The notes: a model not told the origin generated them from the letters alone. Shown: positions 1-11,590, counted from the first letter of the whole stretch. The stretch is DNA of 62,320 nt, filler included, from Basidiobolus ranarum (GCA_040143965.1; 8 parts of 8 records of this genome joined end to end with filler, not necessarily neighbours in it); one strand, 5' to 3'. Numbers and translations are program-made.

Positions 1-1
1 C

Positions 2-559
2 ATTAAGGACGAGGCCTCTGAATCTCAACATACCAGGGATGATGGTGACACAAGCCCACATTCTGACAGCGACGCAAGTCCTTACACCAATAGTGATACC
101 CCAACCCCAAGCCAAGACCCAAGCACGACTGGTCCAGTTACTGACACCACTGGCACACCTACAAACACTACTACCCCTACTAATGGAACCACAAGTGTTG
201 GAACTGGAAAACTTGAGTTTCGTTTCCACAATGGGCAATGTACTGACTGGGCTGATGCTCGATATGCTCAACTCACCGGCCATCATGTCAGCTGGTCTGG
301 GGACGCACGGACCTGGGCGAGCGCGGCAAAGAAAGCCAAAGGGTGGACAGTATCACCAACACCAAAACAGCCGAGCATCATTGTGTTACAACCTGGAGTT
401 CAAGGAACCGGTAGTGCTGGACATGTTGCAGTTGTAGAGAAGATTCTATCACCTACCAGTGTATCCACAAGCAATTACAACTACAACGGTGGGCCTTATA
501 TCAAAAAAACTGTGACATTCAAGACGGGAAATGGGGTTGATTTTATCTGGTACACTTAG
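2..559 (+). CDS. CHAP-domain (cysteine/histidine amidohydrolase) protein, 5'-truncated by the window edge; paralog of 1334..1996
   Basis: Frame +2 is open from base 2 to TAG 557-559. An acidic, Thr/Pro-rich linker leads into GKLEFRFHNGQCTDWADARYAQLTGHH...PSIIVLQPGVQGTGSAGHVAVVE...SNYNYNGGPY...FIWYT*, with catalytic Cys (GQCT) and His (GHVAVVE). The ORF track lists the wrong frame (39..437). Confidence 0.9.
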   Translation: MKDEASESQHTRDDGDTSPHSDSDASPYTNSDTPTPSQDPSTTGPVTDTTGTPTNTTTPTNGTTSVGTGKLEFRFHNGQCTDWADARYAQLTGHHVSWSGDARTWASAAKKAKGWTVSPTPKQPSIIVLQPGVQGTGSAGHVAVVEKILSPTSVSTSNYNYNGGPYIKKTVTFKTGNGVDFIWYT

Positions 560-1333
560 GTCAATGCACAATCAGCAGCAGTTCTTCTGAATTTATTCAA
601 ATCTGTACGAATTTGATTTTTTACCAATTCAAAAACACAAGTAGTTCAATCCGACACTGGCTGTCAATTTTCAACAAGAAACAAATCAGTAAATGATATT
701 CATGTATCACAAATAAATCTCGAATGAAAACCAATATTCTGAAATCTTCAATGTTGCATTAACGCCTGTTTACTAATGAGGGTCCACATTTTAGCGAAAT
801 TAATAATTAAAGTACCGGTGAGATGTGAAACAACCTAGTGGTATTAATACCCTGTTTTAACAAAAAAAGGCTTAGAGCTATCGCAACTAAGTGATATTGC
901 TACCTTACGACCTAATTGGGCAATTCTTGTTTAAAATCAAAATGAAATGGAGGTTGAGTCACGCACTTTTTAGGCCCCATACCCTTGAACTGACTGGAAT
1001 AGAGACAAAGAAAACATGATTGATGTACAAGACTAAAGGATATTAACTCATAAAGGGATGCTGCAGAGAATAACCACAAAATAGGCTTTACCCGATCCTA
1101 ACAGTACGCTTCCACATCTAAATCATTTCGACCTTGAAGTATTAGTAGAGGATTACCAATTCAGCCCCACCTTTTTGAAAATCAGTTTCCGAAATCTAGT
1201 CCTGAAGGTACAAATGCCATTAATTATCAATAGCAAGGGCACTTGTTCATCGGTCTATATAAACTCGAGTAGACTCGGAATATTAATGTTAATCATAAGC
1301 TATCTTTCTGGCAAAGTAGTAACTCTAAGAATC

Positions 1334-1996
1334 ATGTACTCAACCATCCATTTCTGTGCTTTGGCGATCATTCTATCTAGCTTTCTGGTGCAAGCTCTGC
1401 CTGTGCCTGACGGTTATTCTACGGATCAGATTGCGACAAAGATCAAACCTCGTTATTACTATTCTTACGAAAATACTTGGAGCTCCAAATGGGGCGATTA
1501 TAATGGAGATAACACTAACCACCAGCCAAAGAAACCCACATCTAGGCCAAAGAAACCGGTATCTACATCAAAAACCCCCAGTAAAGGTTACAACAAGTCA
1601 CATACTCCGAAAGTTAGCAATAACTCTGGTACTGGTGATATTGGGAAACTCGTGTTTCGTTTCCACAATGGACAATGCACCGATTGGGCTGATGCTCGTT
1701 ACGCTCAGCTTACTGGTCACCATATAGAGTGGTGGGGTGATGCTCGAGTTTGGGCCAGTAAGGCACAAAACACTCCAGGATGGTCGGTATCAACAAAAGC
1801 GATGAAGCCAAGTATAATTGTCTTACAGTCTGGAGTTCAGGGGGCAGGTAGTGCTGGTCATGTTGCTGTGGTTGAAAATATCGAATCGAATGGAGATGTA
1901 TACACAAGTAACTATAACTATAATGGAGGTCCCTACATCAAGAAATTTGCAACGTTTAGACCGGGCAATGGTGTCAGCTTTATTTGGCACAATTGA
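1334..1996 (+). CDS. Secreted CHAP-domain protein (putative peptidoglycan amidase/endopeptidase), intronless
   Basis: ATG 1334 gives a signal peptide (MYSTIHFCALAIILSSFLVQA-LP), a Lys/Pro/Ser linker, then a CHAP domain with GQCTDW and GHVAVVE. TATATAAA lies at ~1256-1263. Confidence 0.9.
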   Translation: MYSTIHFCALAIILSSFLVQALPVPDGYSTDQIATKIKPRYYYSYENTWSSKWGDYNGDNTNHQPKKPTSRPKKPVSTSKTPSKGYNKSHTPKVSNNSGTGDIGKLVFRFHNGQCTDWADARYAQLTGHHIEWWGDARVWASKAQNTPGWSVSTKAMKPSIIVLQSGVQGAGSAGHVAVVENIESNGDVYTSNYNYNGGPYIKKFATFRPGNGVSFIWHN

Positions 1997-2441
1997 CGCT
2001 GATCCAAGGTCACTTTTACTCTATCCATTTCAGACCCTTAAGACAAGCACAACATTCTTTCGATTTTGAAGAGTATCGTATTGTTGGTCTCTATTACTCA
2101 ATTGAAATAAATAACATGTTAAAAATCCATATTTAAACACCTTCTAGAGAACTTCATAATACAGGAGTAGAGAATGGATGAGTCTGCTTTGATCCATGTT
2201 TGTTAAATTGTATATGGGGTAGTGTGAGAAAATGAAACGTGACGGTGGATAGCTGGATCCTCGAATCCCAATAATGCGCTAACCCGTAACACATCAGCAA
2301 TCCTCAATCTGTATATGATGAAATTAATACGGGAAATTAGTCATTCTAAGTTACACAATATAGTTCACATTATTTTTGATTTTTACCTCGTATAGTGATG
2401 CCGTTACTGCACAGCCATTCTCTTACAAACATTAAGGAAAA

Positions 2442-4270
2442 TCAACTGAAGCCAGGTTGGAATGCGGGAAAGTTTTGGTTGGAAAACATATTTGCCACGC
2501 CTAACAAACCGATTGCCAGTCTCGGCGAAGTGTCTTTTGGTACAATCGCATTTTTCCTTGCTACCAGAACGTATTTTAGTTTTCTACAAAGAAACGATCC
2601 TTTCTTCTTGACATAGATCTTTTTACCGTTTTGTGAGGTTACATCTACTCGTTGTTCCAGATTGATATATATATAAGTTCTTCAGTCACCAATCATCATG
2701 ATGAGTTTTGACTTGCTTTATGGAATGGCCTAAACACCGGGCGGATAAAATTGGCATGTTATGTTTTTGTAAGTTATTTCGGTAAGATGGTATAAACGTG
2801 TTTCATAAGTAACACTTTACCTTCTCCATCTACTATACACTGTCTGTCAGATTTATACCTTTCGGCAGAATCGTTTATTTTGAATTTCTAGAAACTTTGC
2901 CTTCCTCGCTTATCTTTAGAATGATAAAAATCTCGAAAGGCCTGACGATGTTGATGTTGATTGTTACACACAATATGCAATTCATTGCAGTTTGAGATTT
3001 TTTCCAATGGTATTTTAGACATTTCGTTTTCGATTTTCTGGATTTTTTTGCCAGCTACTGTACCATTTTTTCACAAGCCTCCTCATCTTTCTATTCTCAC
3101 ACCCTACATCTATATCCGCTGCTGCGATTTTACAGCTAGGTGACGTGTTTAAGAAATCACGGCTATTTTTGTTTTACCACTGTTTTCACCCGGCTCCTTT
3201 TTATTGTATTTCTGAATAATATCTTCAGTCGTTTTATGGTTATTGTCACGATCATTTAGAACTCGAAATCTATTGTAAAGTTCTAAATGAAATTTGAAAT
3301 GATCCAAGGTGAAGCCAATTGTATTGGTCTTCGTGACAACTCCGTTACCTGTCGCTGAAAAAAAATCATTTTTGCTCATTGTGGTCCTGTCTATATATCC
3401 TCGGTTTGTGTGACTCCATGACTTGAGGTTGCAAGGTTGTATCGAGTGGAAACATCTTTCTCAAAGGAAAGCGATTCTTCTTTCTAAGCTAAAACGTCAG
3501 CTTCGTCATTATCACTACGATCTATAGTCAAATTCTTGTCGAATAACCTGTGTACGTAAATAATACAAGGGTAATGAAATAAAATAAGTTTGTCTACTTC
3601 GTTCAGATCATCTTTCGTTGCTTTCGTCTTATACTCAGCGTGAATAATATTCCTCGTTCGACTCCGATTGAACATGTGGATGTTGCTTGAATTTTAATCG
3701 TCCTCTTGCTTTTGTTTTGCTTTGCTTGCCTTCATCTCTAGCAGTCTTCAGTAAGTTCTCTCTCTTGTGGGAGCTGGATTCCCTGATAGTATATTTCCTA
3801 CTATAACTAGAATAGTCAAACGAGCAGTGATTTGTGAATAACTCTATACCACAATTACTTATCATAGCAATGCTTACTTTCGAGAAGTTGAGTAGAATCA
3901 CGAACATGAGGTTGAGAAAGTCCTAAAACTAGTCTAAGAGCGTTATCACCATTCGAAATATCCTGTGTAACAGCATGAAAATACTGAAAGAATCGATTTT
4001 TCAGCAGTCAATAAAATTCGGAGTTTGCCCCTACATACTAATTTGGCAAAGCATCTGTGATAAATGAGTTTTACCTCGTATCACTTTGATTATAAACTTC
4101 GCCAACCTCAGGGCTGAAGTCTCTTTACTCCACATCTTTAAAACTAAATGAATTTCGCATTGGGTAGAAGATTCATAGGCAGTATTGTCATTTGGCGAGG
4201 ATACATGAGCGAAACTCCTGCGTCTAATATTCAAGCGTAATAGATGTTTGACTCTGATTGAAGGCTCCAA
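2442..4270 (-). pseudogene. Decayed Fanzor (eukaryotic TnpB-like RuvC nuclease), Mucoromycota Fanzor1-like
   Basis: Minus-strand fragments occur in the expected order: FSATGNGVVTKTNTIGFTLDHFKFHLELYNRF (RuvC-I region, ~3265-3360), KIAAADIDVGC, RQAFRDFYHSK, KLIMMIGD (~2685-2710), GSFLC..KYVLVARKNAIVPKDTSPRLAIGLLG..FPAFQP (Zn-finger/RuvC-III region). Many stops, frameshifts and an internal deletion. The 5' limit is approximate, and the family call is recalled, not searched. Confidence 0.65.
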
Positions 4271-5019
4271 ATTGACTGAACATTATGATATATATAATTA
4301 CATTTGGATCGGGTCAAGTGCCAATGGAGATTGACATTGAAGCTAGTCAATTTAGAGCAAACCTTGATATACATTCTACATGAATATCAAACAATCCAGA
4401 GACCAGGGTGGATTGAAACAATACTAGGGCTTTCAGTTTCTTCATCTACAACTAGTTAGGCCTTCAGGCTATTCGTGACTTCGACATTGTTTCTTTTGTA
4501 CCTCTTTTGCCTGCAAAATTATTCCAGCGCAAGCCAGAACTATTGTAGATGAACAGACTATTGAGATAAGCAGTTGGCATGTAACAAGAGAATGAGTTCA
4601 CACTCCACTAATCACAAACACCGAGATGACCCTAAGCCAAAAACGTAGGTGAACAAAGTAATCAACAAGCAGACTACCTAGCCGTACTATCCCTTCAATC
4701 ATTGTTTTACTCCCTAGCTTGAGTTTTCGAATCAGGCTATTAAATCGGTTGCCTTCCCATCAAATTACCTTGTTACTTGGTTCTAAAGTCAAACTAGAAC
4801 TACTTGATAGTATTATATTGATGACCGATGCGCAAATAAGTGGTGGAGCTTATTTAAAATATCTTTTATTTATACAAAGATGAAATTGTTGAAAATGGGG
4901 GAGAGAGTTGATGTTGTATCGGTAGAAGTGTGGTTGTTTTATTATAGCGACCAAAAGATGAAATTAACTCCCGCGAATGCATCCTTTCTAATTTCAACTC
5001 AATAAAGTTTGCCCGAAAC

Positions 5020-6840
5020 TTAGTGCTTCTTCTTCTTTCCCTCAAATCCTGGTCTAGATTTCTAGTGAATTGATTGCATGTTTAGATTTCTGAATATAAA
5101 AGAAGCAAGTATATCAAATACTAACCTTCTTGTCTTTGCCCTTGTCTTTACCCTTGGTATCTTTACCCTTACCCTTGCCCTTATTCTTCTTGGCGTCAAT
5201 TCTAGCTTTGAGATTCTCGTTTCTCTTCTTTTGCTTATTCGCAATAGAATCAGCAATTTGTGTCTTACGTTCAGTCCTACAATGGCACATTAGAATGGAT
5301 AGCACAAAGACCAAATAAAATAAGAGTCGCAACATACCATTCCTTATTGCTCTTCTTCTTCTTAACCTCATCACGCTTGATGGTCTTCTTGAGAAGCTTG
5401 GGGTCATCCTTAAGTTTAACACCGGCAGACATCTGGAGAGCCTTCTTCCATTGTTCATTTTCTATAATCTTTTCGGCCTATTAAGATGAAGAAAACAGTG
5501 GTTAATATAGGCAATTTCATACTTATAATTATTGCGTGTTCTCATTACCTTCTCCTTGTCTGTGGCCTTCAACTTATCCAGCTTTTCTTTCTTGGCTTCG
5601 ACCTGGTGAATTCAATTAATATTTTGATGAGTTAAATACCGGCTACTAATAATGCATACCTGTTTCAAAGCAATAGCGGCAGAGACGGGTCCCTTCTTCT
5701 TCTTGGCAGGGCCATCAAATTCGAATTTACTGAATGCAATATCACCATCCATGTTGATGGCATTGGAGGAGGTACCCACTGAAGTAGACTACAATAAAAA
5801 ATCACACATTAAAATAAGTTTCAGAATTTGAAAAGTCCAGGAACACTAACTTTAGTATTCGATTCTGAGATGATTTCCTCAGTACCGGTCTTCATCTTCT
5901 TCTGTTCTTGTTTGCGCTTCTCCTTCTTTTCACTCTTTCTCTTCTTTCTACTTTCTAAAATACCATCTCGTGTCTCACCATTGCTGGAAGGAACCTTTCT
6001 ATTGGCACGGAGTTCAGCGATACGGTTTTGAAGACGAGCTTTGAGATCTTCAATAGAGGAGCTGGGAAGAGGTTGGACAATTTCTATAAAGGAAATCCGG
6101 TTAGATTTTGGAGAATAGGGACATGAGTAGGAATAAGCTGTGTACCTTCGGTTTCCTCATCACTTGATTCCTGTTGAGCTGAATCAACCTCAATTTTAGA
6201 GTCTTCATCTACGGACATGGCGTCCTCATCGAGTTCGGCCTCGGATTCTGAGTCTTCGGATTCATCCTCAGCAACATTTGCTTTTTCAGCTTGTATTTCA
6301 AGGATAGACTTATGGTTTTCAGGATCGAGCTAAAATGAAAAAATATTATATTAATAACTAGTACTAAAAACACCACTCAGCAATGAAATAGTAGGAGCTA
6401 ATGAGCGGTGTCACAAAATATATGTAGGGTAATCAGGCTCTCATCGAGGAATTTACCTTGGCTTTCTTGGCCTTTTTGGTTCTCTCTTTAATTTCTTGTC
6501 TTGGGGCACGTTTGTTTTTGTTGTGCTGATATTTTGTGTTCTGGAAAAAAGAAAATGCGCATGTTTAGTAAAGGTTCATCAATCAAAAGCTGTTGGCATG
6601 GATTAGGAAATCCCCTCATTAATTTGAAAGTACATACCTCCTGAGAATCTTCCGAGATGTAATACTTGGAAGGTATCAGACTTAATAGAGAGTCAAAAGC
6701 TTGACTGTATTCTTGAAGGCGATCCTATAAAGCAAATAAGGATTAAGACCATAGCTCCTTGAGTGGGAAGAATACATATAGGTATATATGCTTCTATAGT
6801 GTCGCGAAGTTACCTCAAGTCCGGAAAGTGAATATGCCAT
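5020..6840 (-). CDS. RRP14: RRP14/SURF6 nucleolar ribosome-biogenesis protein, multi-exon
   Basis: ATG 6840 (MAYSLSGLE) is followed by several GT-AG introns. The exons include AKKAKLDPENHK, an acidic tract, IAFSKFEF, KLKDDPKLLKKT, KQKKRNENLKAR and the SURF6 C-terminal signature KSRPGFEGKKKKH* (TAA 5020-5022). Confidence 0.88.
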
Positions 6841-7726
6841 AGTTAACGGTATAGAAGAACTCAAGTAAAACAAAAGCACTACTAAAGTTTCTCTTTGTAA
6901 AATCAACCAGTCCGAGAAAAAAAAACTATTGATTCATAGATTTCTATTATGGGTACATATTAATCTTCTACATATCAACTATATCATATCAATTTTTACA
7001 AAGAAAAAAAACTCAAACTATTTTTTTTTCCAGAAAAATATGAGTGATGAGACTGGCTTTTTAGGAAAAAAAATTTCGATCAACGAGAGAGATTCTGGAA
7101 TATCTTAATATAGAAAACTCAGCAGAATCACTTGGATATTTGGGAAGTTTTCGTGACAAGGTAACATCCATTCCTGAACAAATCCTTTCATTTGGCTGAC
7201 AGAAAGCCAACAGGAAGTTCGGGCAGCTCCTTGTCAATAGCACCTCTGTTATCATGTTGTATTCGATATTCATTGACTGAAGATGTAATACTTACTCAGC
7301 ACTGTTATTGGCAGACGATGTTTCTTCAACATCGAAATTCATTGCATTGATCACCTGTTTTTCTCAACCTTTGCACGTAGGTGTTGGCGATCAGTTGGGT
7401 AATTGTGCGAATATACCATTTACGAAATATGGCTGTCGTGTCACGAACTTCTCCAGTTTGATTGGTATTAAGTAGTGACTTTGTTTTTACACTGTTCCCA
7501 TTATGTGCTCACCCACTATATTGAAAACTGAGGCATCTGAGAAAAAGAAAAATAAATCTTTACCCAATTGTAGCATTGTTGTTGGTGGATTCAAGGCATA
7601 ATACACTTCAAATATTATGGGATGGATTTACGGTAGATCCTACAAGTCCAAACTTTATGAAATCCCTTGACCTTTACTGTGATAAAACCGGACCCAACTA
7701 TAATGCATATATGAATGAGGCTATGG

Positions 7727-7826
7727 NNNNNNNNNNNNNNNNNNNNNNNNNNNNNNNNNNNNNNNNNNNNTTAATTAATTAANNNNNNNNNNNNNNNNNN
7801 NNNNNNNNNNNNNNNNNNNNNNNNNN
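7727..7826. other. Artificial concatenation linker (N44-TTAATTAATTAA-N44)
   Basis: The 100-nt spacer has stops in all six frames. Identical copies at 15543-15642, 23356-23455, 31160-31259, 38961-39060, 46754-46853 and 54542-54641; genes are cut at these points. Confidence 0.98.
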
Positions 7827-7879
7827 TTTTTGCTATAATGCTATGCTCAAGACTACCAAATAAATCACTCTGACTTTTT

Positions 7880-7937
7880 CTAGCTAAGCAAAGAAGTATA
7901 AATTGGAACTAGCTAAGCAAAGAAGTATAAATTGGAA
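7880..7937. repeat. 29-bp perfect tandem duplication
   Basis: CTAGCTAAGCAAAGAAGTATAAATTGGAA x2. Confidence 0.9.
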
Positions 7938-8912
7938 ATTTCACATGAATGAATACAATATTCACATTTATGTACAACCGCATCATATTTTCAGTACAAC
8001 GCATGTGCTCGTTTATCTAGTCTGCTATCCAATTACTATAATCTAGAAGAACCAATCGTGAGAAATTACCTCGTTGAAGCCTCGAGTTCTCTCATTTACC
8101 CATAGTCTTATTTTAATGGCTTGGCTGTTCTTTTGTTCTGCATAGCTTTACTGATAAACCTAGTCAGATGAGTGTGTGAATGTTTAATAACTGATGAAGT
8201 AATCTATATATTCAACCACTTGTCTTTGAACCGCAATTAATCCGTGCCCAAAGCCTGAGGACTTGGTATGTTTATTGTCTGTTCGGTTCCATTATTCAAT
8301 TAAGGAGTCCAATTCAATACTGTTCCTTCGGTAAATGTTGCCTCTCAGTTGTTTTTATCTTATTGCTTAATCATGCATGTATATACCTCTGTTGCTAATG
8401 AAATACCTAGCCGTAGTTGAAGCAAATTATATCGATTAAATAATGAACTATACTTGTCTGATGAGAAATTTAGGTCTGAGAAGCAATTGAGTGCTGGCAA
8501 CCTAAGCACAGTTCTCTAATAAATGCGCTAATATTCCTGCTATTCCATAATGATCTATTGGAGGATTGTTTTCGTTCATACTTCAAATGACTTTTTCCGC
8601 TGAATACATTCCACCACAACAGCAACCACCACAACAGCAACCACCACTTGGCTGCCTTAAAGTGAAACATTTTATTAACCAACGCATTGCCATGGGTCTT
8701 CTAGAACAGTAGAATGAACATATCATAGCTTACAAGAATTCAATGAAGGTGTATCCTTGACAACACTTTGAATATCACATGACAAATGTAACTTCTATAT
8801 GAATAGACATATTGAAAGATGTATTTGTTCCTCACTGCCATACTTGACCACAAAGGTTCAAAAGACACTGACTGCTATTAGGTTAAGCAAATTTAGTGCA
8901 GCATATCTGCTA

Positions 8913-8977
8913 GCAAATTACTCACAAATGTTAATAAAGAGATGCCTGCAAATTACTCACAAGTGTTAATAGAGAGA
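8913..8977. repeat. Imperfect 35-bp-period tandem duplication
   Basis: GCAAATTACTCACAA(A/G)TGTTAATA(A/G)AGAGA at 8913 and 8948. Confidence 0.8.
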
Positions 8978-10480
8978 AAATAGTGAGTGAAAACTTCTTG
9001 AAACCAGGCCTACATTGATGAGGGTATTCTCACAGATTGACTCGAATATCTGAATATGGCCGCAAATCAGTGGATTAATACCAAATTTGTGTCTTCTTAT
9101 GCCTTGATATAGTGGATACGGAAAGCAGAAAGTCAAACAGATGGCCCAATTAACATTTATTGTTTGTTGTTGTACTCACCATCCAAGGAGTTATTGAAAT
9201 GCTCTCAGAATTAGTGAATTGCACAAAAGACATTCTTCAGCCATAAATATTCAATGCTATCCGATAGCGTACGTTGGTAATCAATACTTTTAAATATCTT
9301 CAAAACCACGATGTTGAGTTACCACGTAAAACATATCTTTTATAAAAATAGCGCAAGAATTTTTTATACCTATGGCACAAAGTACAACAGACCAATGCTC
9401 TGATAATCACTATTCCTCTATCTGTGGGCAAAGACGAGTTAAAACATGCATATAACGTTGGGACTAGATGATAGCACCTGTAGCTTGTGAACTCCATAAA
9501 CTGAAGGACATTTTCTTGGAGATCCTACCTGGTCATTCTTTGAAGGATTCTCAGTGAGAATCAAGGTGTAATTGCCTGCGAATTGACTGGTGATTGGGAA
9601 CAGTAATTCAATAGCACCTTTCTAACTTTGAATATCTACATTATTTATTTGATGCACCAAACCCACGGCCAGAACCAGCAGGATACAACTCCACCCTCAC
9701 ATCAGTACTGGTAATAACCACTTGAGATGGAATATGGAATTGTAACTTCATACTACATCTAGCATGTATTACATTAAGATTTCCACATTAGTGGCACGGT
9801 TGTTGGGAAGTTGTGCTGAAAGTCCCAAACCAAGCAGTGCGAATGAAAACAGAGTAGAAGCAAGCATTTTACGTGTGTATCTAAGGGCTTGATTGAAAGA
9901 GGATTGCAAAGGAAATCGATACTAAGTAATGCTACTGTGTATTGACTAACGATGCATTTACATTCATGAGTGGCCATAGACGAAACGTGTTCATAATTTG
10001 AGCAAGTATTACTTGTCATTTTCTTGTTTCTACAAATACATAAAAGGCATCGTGACCGGGTAAATATCTCTAGTTAGTCATCGTAATAACAAGGAATTTG
10101 ATGACTACAGTGTTCTCTTAAACACCTAACAACAATTCTATTGTGTAAATTATTCTTGGAATATTTTGACTAGTTTTAGGTACCGAAAAATACCGAGAAA
10201 AGAAATAACACTTGCCTTCAATGGATAAAGTGCATAAACTAAGTTTTGATCAACTCTGTTAAGTTGCTTTGGTACTAACTCGACCATCATACGCAAATCC
10301 TTCAGTTAGTTACATTTATTATTCATGATTTTAAAGTGCCACTGAAAGCATTAGGCAGCCCAAAAATAGGAGTTGGTGGGTGGATGTGTACTCTAGAAGG
10401 TAATAGGACAATTGTACTTGAAGGGATGCTTATTATACTTATTAGGGGATCGTCAATGTCGGCTTAGCACTAAAGGGTAT

Positions 10481-11590
10481 CTAGACTTCAGGTTGATCAT
10501 GAGTTGCACAATGTATGCCTCCGCCACCTGTTGCGATATAGTCGATGTTCAAGGGAACAATCTGTCGTCCAGGGAACACTCCTCGAAGAATACCCTGGGC
10601 CGCCCGATCCGCTTCTACATCCCCAAATTCTGGCATGATGATGGCTCCATTGGCGATGTAAAAATTAGCATAGGATGCCAAAAATGAGTCTCCGAACACC
10701 TCTAGGGACACTTCATCAGTCTCTCCTTCGGCAGGCATCCCTCTGATTTTTTCATAATCAGGTTCTGGTAGTTGTATGATCTTCAGTCGGTTCCCCTTTG
10801 CATCAGTAGCTTGCGTCAAGACTTGCATAGCTTGAGTATATTGCTGGGCCCAGATAGCAGAGTCTGGGTCATTCTTTTTAGCTGGCCCTGGACGACTAAC
10901 TACCACAACGCCTGGTGCAACAAATCGAGCCAAGGTATCCACATGCGAGTCTGTGATATCCTTTCCTTTGACCCCCTTGAGCCAAATGATCTTCTGAACC
11001 CCAAGCTCAGACTTAAGAGTAGCCTCAATCTCCTTCCGACTCTTACCAGGATTCCGGTTGTTATTCACGATACTACTCTCAGTCAGTAGTAGAGTTCCCT
11101 GGCCATCAGTCTCGATGGCTCCTCCTTCAGCAATCAGACTAGATTGGAACCTAGGAAGTTTGTAGTGAGCCAGATAGCTGCGGGATACACTTCCATCATT
11201 CTTGCGGTACTTGAGAGGAATTTTCTTCCCCCAGCCATTGAAGTTGTAATCGACCCCAACTGTATCTTTTCCTTTCGTAAGAAACAAAGGTATAGTGTCC
11301 CGAGTCCAAAAATCATCGACTGGAATTGGGATCACCTCGATCTTACTTCCCAATACTTTTTTAGCATGGTGGACTTGATCGGGTGAGACTAAGACTTGGA
11401 CTGGTTCAAAGCGAGAAATGGCTTGGGCCAGTTGAGCAATATTTCTTTGAGTGCCAGTGAGTAGATTTCGCCATATGTATCTCGAAGCAGGCCAAGCCAT
11501 GATGGTACGCTTGTGAGACTCCCATTCAGGGGCAATTCGGTAGCCTTCAGGGATCTTGGATAGAGACTTGTTTAAGCTTGGATGATTCAT
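10481..11590 (-). CDS. aguA: Agmatine deiminase / PPAD-family (AguA-like) enzyme, intronless, bacterial-type
   Basis: 369 aa. Motifs: PEWESHKRTIMAWP, DDFWTRD, DYNFNGWG, EGGAIETDGQGTLL, TDSHVD, ASYANFY, and C-terminal GGGGIHCATHDQP with the catalytic Cys. Confidence 0.93.
   Translation of the reverse strand: MNHPSLNKSLSKIPEGYRIAPEWESHKRTIMAWPASRYIWRNLLTGTQRNIAQLAQAISRFEPVQVLVSPDQVHHAKKVLGSKIEVIPIPVDDFWTRDTIPLFLTKGKDTVGVDYNFNGWGKKIPLKYRKNDGSVSRSYLAHYKLPRFQSSLIAEGGAIETDGQGTLLLTESSIVNNNRNPGKSRKEIEATLKSELGVQKIIWLKGVKGKDITDSHVDTLARFVAPGVVVVSRPGPAKKNDPDSAIWAQQYTQAMQVLTQATDAKGNRLKIIQLPEPDYEKIRGMPAEGETDEVSLEVFGDSFLASYANFYIANGAIIMPEFGDVEADRAAQGILRGVFPGRQIVPLNIDYIATGGGGIHCATHDQPEV

Noticed and set aside
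39-437. 132-aa ORF in the track
   Set aside because: Off-frame shadow of the real CHAP gene in frame +2 (2..559).
7727-7826. Regularly spaced TTAATTAATTAA repeats (CRISPR-like or biological periodic element)
   Set aside because: Embedded in N runs, identical in length, and they truncate genes: artificial linkers.
8100-10020. Possible decayed membrane-protein gene, including the CCACCACAACAGCAA repeat at ~8611-8646
   Set aside because: No continuous frame or recognisable motif.
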